From contig DASTYP010000243.1 in NCBI GenBank assembly GCA_035764845.1, positions 1 through 42,564 of the forward strand: a DNA stretch of 42,564 nt, written 5' to 3'. Both the position numbers and the translations under genes were made by a program. A model generated the notes under the pieces. The model was not told where the DNA came from. It saw nothing but the letters and a program-made list of their open reading frames with translations, and did no database searches. Position 1 is the stretch's first letter; each line of letters starts with the position of its first letter. The DNA is from Candidatus Limnocylindria bacterium (lineage in GTDB: Bacteria; Chloroflexota; Limnocylindria; QHBO01). Below are positions 16,240-24,795 of the stretch, in pieces.

Positions 16240-17705
16240 CAGCCCGGAGCCTCGAGCGTGATCACCCGATCGGCGAGGGCGCGGATGAACGGCGGGTCGT
16301 GGCTGACGACGCAGATGCCCCGCCCCTCGTCCCGCAGCCCGGCCAGCAGGTGCAGGAGCTCGGCCCACGTCCGGCGGTCCTGGCCGAAGGTCGGCTCGTC
16401 CAGCACCAGCGCGGCGGGTGCGGTCGCCAGTGCCGTGGCCACCGAGAGGCGGCGCTTCTCCCCGCCCGACAGGGTGTACGGATTGGCGCGGGCCAGCGCG
16501 GCCAGGTGGAGTCGCTCCAGCAGCTCGTCGGCACGCCTGCCGGCCGCCGCTTCGCTCACCCCGATCCGCCCGGGCCCGAGCAGCAGCTCCTCGCGCACGG
16601 AGCCAGTGAGGAACTGGTGCTCCGGGTCCTGGAAGACCGTCCCCACGTGCCGGGCGAGCTCGCGGGCCGGCCAGTCGGCCAGCGGTTCCATGCCGCGGCC
16701 GGGAGCCAGCGCCTCGGTGGCGCGAACCGACCCGGCGCTCGGCCGCAGCAGGCCGGCCAGCAGCATGGCCAACGTGGACTTGCCGCTGCCATTCGGCCCG
16801 ACCACGCCAAGCACCTCACCGGCGCGCAGCTGCACGTCCGTCGGTCGCAGCGCGTCACGGTCGGCGCCGGGGTAGCGGAACATCGCGCGCTCCGCGATGA
16901 CCAGCGGCTCGGGCCCGGGCGCTTCGCGTCGAACGGGCGGCGCCGGCGGATGGTCCGGCACCCAGACGCCCGCCTCCGCCAGCCGGGAACCCTCCGCGCG
17001 GAACACCTCGACGGGCGGCCCGTCGGCAACCACGCCTCCGCCCGCCTGGAGCACCACGACCCGGTCGACCAGCGGCAGCACGTCGTCCAGCCGGTGCTCG
17101 ACCAGGAGCAGCGTCACCCCGGTTCGCTCGAGGATGCGGGCGACGGCGCGACGGACCTCCGCCGCACCGTCGGGGTCCAGGTTCGCCGTCGGCTCGTCGA
17201 GCATCATGAGGCCGGGACGCAGCGCGAGCGTCCCGGCCAGCGCCAGCCGCTGCTGCTCGCCGCCGGAGAGGGCGTGCGTCGGGCGGTCGCGGCCGTACGG
17301 GAAGTCGACGGCCGCGAGCGCTGCATCGACGCGCGGCCAGATCTCGGGGGTCGGGACGCATCGGTTCTCGAGGCCGAAGGCCACGTCGTCGCCGGCGCGG
17401 CCCATGACGATCTGCGCCTCAGGGTCCTGGAAGAGCAGCCCCGTGCGGTCTCTCGCGTCGCCCGGGTCACGGCCGTCGACGAGAAGGGCGCCCTCGGTCT
17501 CGGCGCCCCCGGCGGGATCGATCAGGCCGGCGAGCGCGGCCAGCAGCGTCGACTTCCCGGCGCCCGATGGCCCCAGCAGCAGCACACGCTCGCCCGGCTC
17601 GACGACGAGGTCGAGCCCGCGCACCGCCCACGCCCGGCGCCCCGGGTAGCGCAGCCCCCAGCCACGCGCCTCGAACCCGGCCGCCCCCGTGGGCCCATCG
17701 GTCAC
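16239..17705 (-). CDS. ykoD: ECF transporter duplicated ATPase (fused EcfA-EcfA')
   Basis: Two ABC cassettes are present: GPSGAGKSTLL / LSGGEQQRLALAG / LMMLDEPT and GPNGSGKSTLA / LSGGEKRRLSVA / LVLDEPT. The start is uncertain: GTG 17705 (preferred) or GTG 17777 as in the ORF track. Confidence 0.85.
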   Translation of the reverse strand: MTDGPTGAAGFEARGWGLRYPGRRAWAVRGLDLVVEPGERVLLLGPSGAGKSTLLAALAGLIDPAGGAETEGALLVDGRDPGDARDRTGLLFQDPEAQIVMGRAGDDVAFGLENRCVPTPEIWPRVDAALAAVDFPYGRDRPTHALSGGEQQRLALAGTLALRPGLMMLDEPTANLDPDGAAEVRRAVARILERTGVTLLLVEHRLDDVLPLVDRVVVLQAGGGVVADGPPVEVFRAEGSRLAEAGVWVPDHPPAPPVRREAPGPEPLVIAERAMFRYPGADRDALRPTDVQLRAGEVLGVVGPNGSGKSTLAMLLAGLLRPSAGSVRATEALAPGRGMEPLADWPARELARHVGTVFQDPEHQFLTGSVREELLLGPGRIGVSEAAAGRRADELLERLHLAALARANPYTLSGGEKRRLSVATALATAPAALVLDEPTFGQDRRTWAELLHLLAGLRDEGRGICVVSHDPPFIRALADRVITLEAPG

Positions 17706-17730
17706 GGACGCGAGAGCGGGGGCAGCACGC

Positions 17731-18324
17731 TCAGACCTCGCGCTGCTCGCGGCCGACGGCGAACTCGGCGAGCACACCCGTGGCCACCAGGGCTCGAAGC
17801 AGGTACCACGACCCGATTCCGGCGATCAGGATGCCGCTGATGACCGTGGCGACCGCGAAGATGACCCAGAAGTCGACGCCCAGATCGGGGTAGTAGACGG
17901 CGATGTCGTGGATGGCGGCACCGATGCCGGCCAGCGCACCGGCCAGCATCGCGAAGGGCAGGTTCCAGTTGCGGTACATCCCCAGGGCGAAGGCGAGCTC
18001 CGCCGCCCCACCCTGGATCGCACCCGAGATCAGGACGTCGACTCCCCAGGGTGAGCCGAGCAGGACCGATACGGCCGCCGACACGAAGCCGCCGAAGAAG
18101 GCGGCCCCCGGACGGCGGACGATCAGCCCGACGAGCACGCCCGGCACCAGCCACACGCCGTAGAGAATGGCCTGGGCCGGCTTCAGGGCCGCGAAGATCG
18201 GGTCCGTCGCGGTGTAGATGGCGTTCCAGGCGAGGAAGACGACGCCGAAGGCGACGGCGACGACGGCGCCGACGACGATGTCGACGATGCGCCAGCCGCC
18301 GGCCGAGCTCGTCGTGGTGGTCAT
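17731..18324 (-). CDS. ykoE: ECF transporter S component, YkoE-like (thiamine/HMP-related)
   Basis: It is 197 aa with about 6 TM helices. It sits between thiN and the ECF ATPase under a TPP riboswitch. The start overlaps the thiN stop as ATGA. Confidence 0.7.
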   Translation of the reverse strand: MTTTTSSAGGWRIVDIVVGAVVAVAFGVVFLAWNAIYTATDPIFAALKPAQAILYGVWLVPGVLVGLIVRRPGAAFFGGFVSAAVSVLLGSPWGVDVLISGAIQGGAAELAFALGMYRNWNLPFAMLAGALAGIGAAIHDIAVYYPDLGVDFWVIFAVATVISGILIAGIGSWYLLRALVATGVLAEFAVGREQREV

Positions 18325-18974
18325 GGATTGGCTCCTTCCGTGCTGCTCTCGACGACCAGGAGCGTCCCCTCCCGCAGCCGGACCGATGCGGGCGCCGCCA
18401 CGACCTCGTTCGAGAGGCCGCGGGAGCGGCCTGCCCGCAGGGTCGCATCGGCCAGCGGCCAGCGCAGGCCGTCGGTCGTGACGCCAATGGCGTCAGCGGC
18501 GAGTGGGAGGAGGCTGACGATCGCGCCGGGCGCGCCCTCGAGGGCCAGCACCGAGTCCCCGTGCAGCACCCGCACGGTCGTCGTCCCGCGGACCAGCCGC
18601 AGGTCGACCTTCGCGAACGCCGGATCGGCGAGCAGCAGCAGGTTGGCGAGCTCGTGGTCGAGCCGCTGGCCACCCAGGGCGCCCAGGAGGATCAGCTCCG
18701 TCGCGCCGGAGGCGATCGCGGCCTCGAGGGCCAGCTCCGTGTCCGAGGCGTCCTTGTCGGCCGGGTGGCGTTCGATCCCGACGCCCCGGGCCCGAAGACG
18801 CTCGACGAGCTCCGCATCGGTCGAGTCGAGGTCGCCGACCAGGCGGTCGGGGACGCGCGCCATCCGGGCCAGCGACGACGCGCCGCCGTCGGCCGCGATG
18901 ACCAGCTCGGCCGAATCCAGCCAGGCGTCGTCCGCCGGCTCGATCGCGCCCGAGGCCACCACCACCACTCGCAT
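18321..18974 (-). CDS. thiN: Thiamine pyrophosphokinase
   Basis: It has GDLDS and KDASDTELAL motifs, and a C-terminal thiamine-binding beta domain (GLRWPL...LSN). An SD (GAGGAG) lies upstream of ATG 18974. Confidence 0.85.
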   Translation of the reverse strand: MRVVVVASGAIEPADDAWLDSAELVIAADGGASSLARMARVPDRLVGDLDSTDAELVERLRARGVGIERHPADKDASDTELALEAAIASGATELILLGALGGQRLDHELANLLLLADPAFAKVDLRLVRGTTTVRVLHGDSVLALEGAPGAIVSLLPLAADAIGVTTDGLRWPLADATLRAGRSRGLSNEVVAAPASVRLREGTLLVVESSTEGANP

Positions 18975-19064
18975 CGGCTCCTCATCGCGTGCTGTGCTGC
19001 CGAAACGACGTGCGGCGCGCTCGAACCCAGCTCGGGATTCGGGGCGCGCCGCGGACGAGTGCTG

Positions 19065-19160
19065 CGTCGACTTCCTTCGCCGGTATGACCCGGATCAGGT
19101 TCGAGGGTCTGCGGCCACGTGAGCCGCACTCTCAGCGCTGTCGCGCTCCCCTGTCGTTTC
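19065..19160 (-). promoter_or_regulatory. TPP (THI-box) riboswitch
   Basis: The minus strand reads CGACAGGGGAGCGCGACAGCGCUGAGAGUGCGGCUCACGUGGCCGCAGACCCUCGAACCUGAUCCGGGUCAUACCGGCGAAGGAAGUCG. Both the CUGAGA and ACCUGAUCCGG..AUACCGGCGAAGGAAG cores are present, and P1 is CGAC/GUCG. A -10-like GACAAT lies at 19165-19170. Confidence 0.9.
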
Positions 19161-19191
19161 GTGGATTGTCGGATCAGCCTAGCACGGGCCG

Positions 19192-19197
19192 TATGAT
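19192..19197 (+). promoter_or_regulatory. -10 box TATGAT, 6 nt before ATG 19204 (leaderless ybaK-like gene)
   Basis: The arrangement TATGAT-cggtcg-ATG leaves no room for an SD. Confidence 0.4.
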
Positions 19198-19203
19198 CGG
19201 TCG

Positions 19204-19704
19204 ATGCAGCCGACCGACGGATCCGCGCACCCCAACGTCGAGCGCGTCGTGGCCGCGGCGCGGAACGCCGGCGTCGACATCGCCGTCCAGCGCTTCCCCG
19301 AAGGGACGCGGACGGCACAGGACGCGGCGGCGGCCGTGGGCTGCGAGGTCGGGCAGATCGTGAAGTCGCTGGTCTTCGTCGCCGACGGTCGGCCGGTGGT
19401 CGCCCTCGTGTCGGGGACCAACCGGTTGGACACCACGCGGCTGGCGTCGACGCTGGGCGCCACGGCCGTGCGCCGCGCGGACGGTGACGAGGCGCGCGCC
19501 GCCACGGGCTTCGCCATCGGCGGGGTCCCGCCGTTCGGCCACAGCCAGCCGCTGGACGTGGTGATGGATCACGACCTGGCGACGTGGGAGCGGGTCTGGG
19601 CGGCCGCGGGGCTGCCCGACGCCGTGTTCGACATCAGCCCGGGGGAGCTGGAGCGGGCGTCCGGAGCCCGCCTGGCGGACATCGCGGAGCGGCCCGGGGG
19701 CTGA
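19204..19704 (+). CDS. YbaK/ProX-family aminoacyl-tRNA deacylase
   Basis: It has IVKSLVF (the conserved Lys context), GGVPPFG, and a 166-aa length. Confidence 0.8.
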   Translation: MQPTDGSAHPNVERVVAAARNAGVDIAVQRFPEGTRTAQDAAAAVGCEVGQIVKSLVFVADGRPVVALVSGTNRLDTTRLASTLGATAVRRADGDEARAATGFAIGGVPPFGHSQPLDVVMDHDLATWERVWAAAGLPDAVFDISPGELERASGARLADIAERPGG

Positions 19705-19711
19705 CGCCCGC

Positions 19712-19717
19712 TATCCT
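19712..19717 (+). promoter_or_regulatory. -10 box TATCCT, 7 nt before ATG 19725
   Basis: The arrangement is TATCCT-ccgcccg-ATG, 8 nt after the ybaK-like stop. Confidence 0.3.
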
Positions 19718-19724
19718 CCGCCCG

Positions 19725-20474
19725 ATGCCCCTCGGAACCGTCTTCGCCGTCCTGCTCGCCGCCGGCCTCCTGCTCGTCGCCGGCTGTGCCGCGCTCATCC
19801 GGATCGGTGGGGCGCAGGCCTCCCTGGCACGACGCCTGGCCGGCCCCGCCGAGGTCAAGGTCGGCCGTCTGCTCGACGCGGACGAGCTGCCGCAGCGTCC
19901 GGTCCGGGTGGTCGGCCGCATCCGCTGCCGCGATCCGCTGAACGCCGGCGATGGGGAGCGCCTGGTCGCGTACCACCGCGACGTCGAGGTGCGCATCGGC
20001 GGCCGCTGGCGCTCGATCGAACGGCTGCGCGAGACGCGCTCGTTCGACCTGTGGGACCACGACGGTTCGGTGCCGGTCGATCCCGCCCGCGCGGCGGAGC
20101 CGCTGATCACGATTCCGAAGGTGTGGCGGGGCAGCCCGGCGGAGCTCGAGGAGCCCCACGCGTCGGCCGTCGCGCGGCTGGCCGAGCGCCACGGTCCGGC
20201 GACGGAGGCACGCGCGGTCACGCGCACCGTCAACGTCACGGACCGGCTGCTGGTGATCGCGCGACCGATGCGTGACGACGCCGGGCGCCTCGCTCTGGAG
20301 CCACCGGAGGGCGGCTTCCTGGTGTCGACGCTCGACCTGCCGGACGCGATGCGCCTCCTCGGCGGCCGCCACAACCGGCTCAGCGCCCTCGCCGTCGCCG
20401 GCATGGGGGTCGGGATCGCGGTCGCCGCGATCGGCCTGGTCGGGCTCGTCGCCGCCTCGCTGATCGGGGCCTGA
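19725..20474 (+). CDS. Membrane protein with N- and C-terminal TM anchors, possibly GIDE-domain-like
   Basis: ORF 19584..20474 trimmed to ATG 19725. The N-terminal TM is VFAVLLAAGLLLVAGC and the C-terminal TM is ALAVAGMGVGIAVAAIGLVGLVAASLI. The GIDE assignment comes from overall layout only. Confidence 0.5.
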   Translation: MPLGTVFAVLLAAGLLLVAGCAALIRIGGAQASLARRLAGPAEVKVGRLLDADELPQRPVRVVGRIRCRDPLNAGDGERLVAYHRDVEVRIGGRWRSIERLRETRSFDLWDHDGSVPVDPARAAEPLITIPKVWRGSPAELEEPHASAVARLAERHGPATEARAVTRTVNVTDRLLVIARPMRDDAGRLALEPPEGGFLVSTLDLPDAMRLLGGRHNRLSALAVAGMGVGIAVAAIGLVGLVAASLIGA

Positions 20475-20605
20475 CGCCGCGGCGGGGCGGCCGCATCGGT
20501 ACGGGGTCCTTCGGGACCATCGTGGCATCGTCGCGGTGAGGGACGGTTTCTAGCATCGGCTGCACGAGACCTACCAGAAGCTCCATCCGGACCAGTGGAG
20601 ATTCC

Positions 20606-23600
20606 ATGCCGAGCGACCAGACCGATCCCGGCGACTCCCTCCTCAGCGTGGCCCAGGCGGCCGCGGTGCTCGGCGTGCACCCCAACACGATCCGGACGTG
20701 GACGGATGCCGGACGGCTGACCGCCTACCGCATCAACGCCCGCGGCGACCGCCGCGTCCGCCGTCGCGACGTCGAGCGGCTGCTCGTGGAGGATGGGATC
20801 GCCGCCATGGAGCCGACGGCTCCGGCGATCGCGGTCGACGGCGCCGTCCACGACCGCGTCACCGCCACCATCGCGCGCCTGGCGCAGAAGCTCGCCGCCT
20901 CGCAGTCGCCGGCGGGCCTCGCCCGGGCCACGGTCGAGGCGGTCCGCGCCGATCTCGGGGCTCGGGCCGCGGCCGTGTACCTCGCCGCCGACGACGGCTT
21001 CACCCTGGCGGCCCACGCGGGGTTCGACGCTCCCCCGGCGCCGCACCGATCCCTCGACGGCGCACCGCCTCCGCACGAGCCGACCGCTGGCCTGCTGGAG
21101 GCACCGATCACGGGGAGCCGAAGCGTCCTGGGCCTCGTCATCGCCGATGCCGGTGGCTCCCGCGACGTCGAGCTCCTGCTGCGGGCCGTCGCGGCCACCG
21201 CCGGCGCGACGCTCCAACACCTGCGCCTCCTGGGTCGGGCGCGCCGGCAGCTGCAGCGCTCGCGCGCGCTGCGATCCGTGACCAAGGACCTCACCGGCAC
21301 CCTGGATCTCAACTCCGTCCTCGGCGACGCCGTCGAGCTCACCCGCTCGCTGTTCGAGGCCGAGAAGGCCGGCCTGTGGCTGGTGAACGACGCGAAGCAC
21401 CCGTTCCGGCTGGCGGCGCAGCACGGGCTCTCGCCGGCGTTCCTGGGCCACGTCGCGGACCTGCGGCTGAGCGACGAGACGCTCGGCGTCCGGGCCGCGC
21501 GCGAGGGCCGCTCCTTCTGGCTCAGCAACGTCGATACCGACGCGGGCGCGGGGAGCATGCGCGAGATCTACGCCGCGGAGGGCATCGTCACTGCCTGCCT
21601 GGTGCCACTGGTCGGGCGCGACGAGACGATCGGCGTGATCGCGCTGTACCACACGAGCTCCCGGATCTGGAGCGACGACTCGCTCGAGCTGGTCCAGGCC
21701 TTCGCCGACCAGGCCGCCGTCGCCATCCAGAACGCCCGCCTCTACCGCTCCGTGGCTGACCAGGCCGCCCGCATGCGCTCGATCCAGGACCTCTCGGCGC
21801 GGCTCAACCGGCTCACCGACGTCCGCGCCATCGCGCAGGCCATCGTCGCCGAGGCGAAGACGCTGGCCGAGTACCACGACATCCGGGTCTACCGGGTCGA
21901 CTGGGAGACGGGCTGGTGCGAGCCGATCGCCTTCACCCGCGAGATGCTGGTCGGTGATCCGGCGGACGCCGAGTCGCTGCTGCGCGTGGAGATCGGTCAG
22001 GGCTTCACCGGCTGGGTCGCCGAGAACGCGGAGCCGCTCCTCATCAATGACGCCGTCGACGACCCGCGCGGGCAGACCATCGAGGGGACCGACGACGTCC
22101 CCGAGTCCATGCTGGTCGTGCCCATGATCTACGAGGGGCGCACCACCGGCGTCATCGTCCTCAGCCAGCTCGGCTACGAGCGCTTCAGCGCCGATGACCT
22201 CCAGACCATGACGATCTTCGCCGGCTACGCCGCCCAGGCGATGGCGAACGCATCGGCCTACGAGCAGCTCCGCGACCAGTCGGCGGAGCTCGCGCGCCGG
22301 GCGGACTCCCAGCGCCGACTGCTGGAGATCAACGAGCGGCTGCTGTCGACCCTCGACCAGGCCGGCGTGCTGGAGACCATCGCCGATGGCCTGCGCGACG
22401 TCGTGCGCTACGACAACCTGTCCATCTACCGCACCGACCCGCAGCAGCAGGCGATGCTGCCGGTGCTCACCCGCGAGCGCCACGCCGAGCAGGTCAGCCG
22501 CTACATCATTCCGTTCGGCCGGGGCCTCATGGGCTGGGCCGTCCAGCACGCGCAGCCGATCCTCGCCAACGACGCCCTCAGCGACCCGCGGGCGCTCCAG
22601 ATCCCCGGGACGCCGGAGGACCCGGAGGCGGTCGTGGTCGTGCCGCTCATCGCCGACGGCGAGGTGCTCGGCGCCCTCAACGTCTCGCGCGTCGGCGGTC
22701 CGGAGGTGCACTTCAGCGAGAGCGACTTCGAGCTGGTGCAGCTGTTCGCCGCCCAGGCCTCCATCGCCCTCCGCAATGCCGATACGCACCACGCGGTCAG
22801 CCGCCTGGCCGAGACCGATGCGCTCACCGGCCTCGGGAACCACGGCGCCTTCCAGCGCGATCTCGGCCGCCTGATCGAGGCACGCGGCACCGCCGCGACA
22901 CGGGGCGGAGGCCTGACCCTGCTGATGATGGACCTGGACAGCTTCAAGGCCTTCAACGACGTGCACGGCCACCCTGCGGGCGACGCGCTGCTGCACCGCG
23001 TGGCGATGGCGATCTACGGCGCGGCTCGCAGCGAGGATCGCGTCTACCGCTACGGTGGCGACGAGTTCGCGCTCATCCTGCCCGCGACCACGGCCGCGCA
23101 CGGCGCGCGCATCGGCGAGCGCATCCGGACGGCCGTGGCAGCGCTGACGGCCCACGACCCGACGCCGGTCACCATCACGGTCGGAGTGGCGACGCTGACG
23201 CCCGACGTGGCGGACCGAGCCGCGCTCGTCGCGGCGGCCGACACGGCCCTCTACTACGGGAAGCGGGCGGGGGAGGACCGGATCGTGCGCTTCGATCGGA
23301 TGCCACCCGACGTCGGCGACCTGCGAGGAACGCTCGACGACCTGGCCGCGGCGGCGCTCCGAGACGGCGACGATGCCCGCGTGGTCGAGCACCTGGTCGA
23401 GCGCGCCTCGCAGCTGGGTGCGGCCGCACACCACGATGCGGCCGCGTCGGTACGCGACGCGCTGCTGACCGTCGCCCGCGCCGTCGACGGCCGCGGCCGC
23501 ACCAACCGCGGCCACGCCGATCGGGTCGGGCGGCTGGCCGGTGCCCTCGCCATGACGCTCCACCTCGACGAGGACGTGCGCCGCACCGTGGAGCTGGCCG

Positions 23601-23977
23601 GACGGCTGCACGCGCTCGACGACCGCGGTGTCGCCGAGATCAGCAGCGTCCCGTCGCTGCACGACGTCTCGGCGCTCATCGTCGGCGCCCGGCGCCTCGC
23701 CGACGAGGGAGCGCGGCGCGCCCGTCGGACGTCCCGGATGCGCGGCCGCCTGGGCGCGCACATCGTGGCCGTCGCCAACGGCTACGACGAGCTCGTCTCC
23801 GGCGTCGGTGGCCCTCGCGTCGGCCGTCGCGAGGCGCTGGCGCGGCTGGCATCCCACCCGAGCAGCTACCGCGACGAGGTGCTCTCGGCCCTGGCCGGCA
23901 TCGTGGGCGAGCGCCGTGACTCGGGACGTCGCCGCCGAGTCTCCGATTCCGCCGGTGAGGTTCCGGGAGCCGCCTGA
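20606..23977 (+). CDS. Multidomain signalling protein: excisionase/MerR-type HTH, 3-4 GAF domains, a GGDEF diguanylate cyclase domain and a degenerate HD(-GYP)-like domain
   Basis: The HTH is LLSVAQAAAVLGVHPNTIRTWTDAGRLTAYRI. There are repeated GAF-like blocks. GGDEF is intact (RYGGDEFALIL, 23054-23068), with an RSED I-site 5 aa upstream. The C-terminus has GHADRVGRLA...LHALDD. An SD (GGAG) precedes ATG 20606. Confidence 0.85.
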   Translation: MPSDQTDPGDSLLSVAQAAAVLGVHPNTIRTWTDAGRLTAYRINARGDRRVRRRDVERLLVEDGIAAMEPTAPAIAVDGAVHDRVTATIARLAQKLAASQSPAGLARATVEAVRADLGARAAAVYLAADDGFTLAAHAGFDAPPAPHRSLDGAPPPHEPTAGLLEAPITGSRSVLGLVIADAGGSRDVELLLRAVAATAGATLQHLRLLGRARRQLQRSRALRSVTKDLTGTLDLNSVLGDAVELTRSLFEAEKAGLWLVNDAKHPFRLAAQHGLSPAFLGHVADLRLSDETLGVRAAREGRSFWLSNVDTDAGAGSMREIYAAEGIVTACLVPLVGRDETIGVIALYHTSSRIWSDDSLELVQAFADQAAVAIQNARLYRSVADQAARMRSIQDLSARLNRLTDVRAIAQAIVAEAKTLAEYHDIRVYRVDWETGWCEPIAFTREMLVGDPADAESLLRVEIGQGFTGWVAENAEPLLINDAVDDPRGQTIEGTDDVPESMLVVPMIYEGRTTGVIVLSQLGYERFSADDLQTMTIFAGYAAQAMANASAYEQLRDQSAELARRADSQRRLLEINERLLSTLDQAGVLETIADGLRDVVRYDNLSIYRTDPQQQAMLPVLTRERHAEQVSRYIIPFGRGLMGWAVQHAQPILANDALSDPRALQIPGTPEDPEAVVVVPLIADGEVLGALNVSRVGGPEVHFSESDFELVQLFAAQASIALRNADTHHAVSRLAETDALTGLGNHGAFQRDLGRLIEARGTAATRGGGLTLLMMDLDSFKAFNDVHGHPAGDALLHRVAMAIYGAARSEDRVYRYGGDEFALILPATTAAHGARIGERIRTAVAALTAHDPTPVTITVGVATLTPDVADRAALVAAADTALYYGKRAGEDRIVRFDRMPPDVGDLRGTLDDLAAAALRDGDDARVVEHLVERASQLGAAAHHDAAASVRDALLTVARAVDGRGRTNRGHADRVGRLAGALAMTLHLDEDVRRTVELAGRLHALDDRGVAEISSVPSLHDVSALIVGARRLADEGARRARRTSRMRGRLGAHIVAVANGYDELVSGVGGPRVGRREALARLASHPSSYRDEVLSALAGIVGERRDSGRRRRVSDSAGEVPGAA

Positions 23978-24008
23978 CCGACCAGCGCACTGATACCATG
24001 GCGCGCCG

Positions 24009-24791
24009 ATGACCCACCCGCGCCTCGCCCTGCCCCGCACGTCGGGAGCCGTGGGCGATGGTCGCGCGAGGACCAGGAGGCTCGGCGCCGGCCTCCTGAT
24101 CCTCGGAACCCTGCTCGCCGCCTGCTCCACCGCCGAGGTCCAGCCCACGCCGACCGGCACGGCGGCACCCACCTCCGCCACCGCCAGCGCCTCCCCAACA
24201 CCGACGGCCACCCCCTCCCCGACCCCGGAGCCGACGCCGCGCTACACGAACGAGCCGGACGAGGACCTCGCGGCCCTCATCCCGACCGAGGCGGCCGGTG
24301 TGCCGGTCGTGGTCGCCCCGTTCGACGAGTTCGCGTTGACGCCGGGAGACGTGGCCATCGCCTACGGCGAGCTGGGCAACCGCTTCGCGTCGCTGGTGGT
24401 CGCCTACGTCGAGCAGCCGCGCACGACGCTGTACGCCATGCGCCTGGACGGTGAGCCGGCCGTCACGGAGGACCTCGAGCTGTTCCTGGCGACGGCCGGC
24501 CGCTACGTCGGCATCGCGGGCCTCGACCCGGATCCGTGGACGCTGGACGACAGCGCCGGGTACCGGGTCTGGGTCCGCCCCGAGGACAACGCCACGGCGG
24601 CCGGCACCATGGTCTACACGTGGGCCGCGGAGGACTACGTCTTCCTGCTCATCGGCGTCGACGACACCGTCAACCGCGCGATCATCGAGCAGCTGCCGAC
24701 GGAGCCCGCGCCGACCCCCCGTCCGACCGCCTCACCGTCCGCATCGGCGGGGAGCAGCGCGCCCGCCAGCGCCAGTCCCTCGGGCGGCTGA
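24009..24791 (+). CDS. Secreted lipoprotein of unknown function with P/T-rich linkers
   Basis: It has a signal peptide with lipobox LLAAC. A -10 box TACCAT (23994-23999) lies 9 nt before the ATG. Confidence 0.65.
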   Translation: MTHPRLALPRTSGAVGDGRARTRRLGAGLLILGTLLAACSTAEVQPTPTGTAAPTSATASASPTPTATPSPTPEPTPRYTNEPDEDLAALIPTEAAGVPVVVAPFDEFALTPGDVAIAYGELGNRFASLVVAYVEQPRTTLYAMRLDGEPAVTEDLELFLATAGRYVGIAGLDPDPWTLDDSAGYRVWVRPEDNATAAGTMVYTWAAEDYVFLLIGVDDTVNRAIIEQLPTEPAPTPRPTASPSASAGSSAPASASPSGG

Positions 24792-24795
24792 GCCG

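Noticed and set aside
14008-16875. A 955-aa plus-strand ORF and a 669-aa minus-strand ORF (14027-16036).
   Set aside because: They are out of frame or antisense relative to the FAD oxidoreductase and the ECF T/ATPase genes, which carry the diagnostic motifs.
20505-20518. A GGTCC-TTCG-GGACC hairpin 31 nt after the membrane-protein stop, considered as a terminator.
   Set aside because: It has only a 5-bp stem and no downstream T-tract. That is insufficient to call an intrinsic terminator.
20551-20560. The 10-mer TAGCATCGGC occurs upstream of the GGDEF gene and, on the minus strand at 4630-4639, upstream of the respiratory operon.
   Set aside because: It is most simply a -10 hexamer (TAGCAT) followed by GC-rich sequence. 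Two copies are not evidence of a shared operator.
19634-24211. A 1525-aa minus-strand ORF, the longest in the window.
   Set aside because: It is antisense to the ybaK-like, membrane protein and HTH-GAF-GGDEF genes, all of which have clear motifs. Its own translation is low-complexity and has no recognisable domain.
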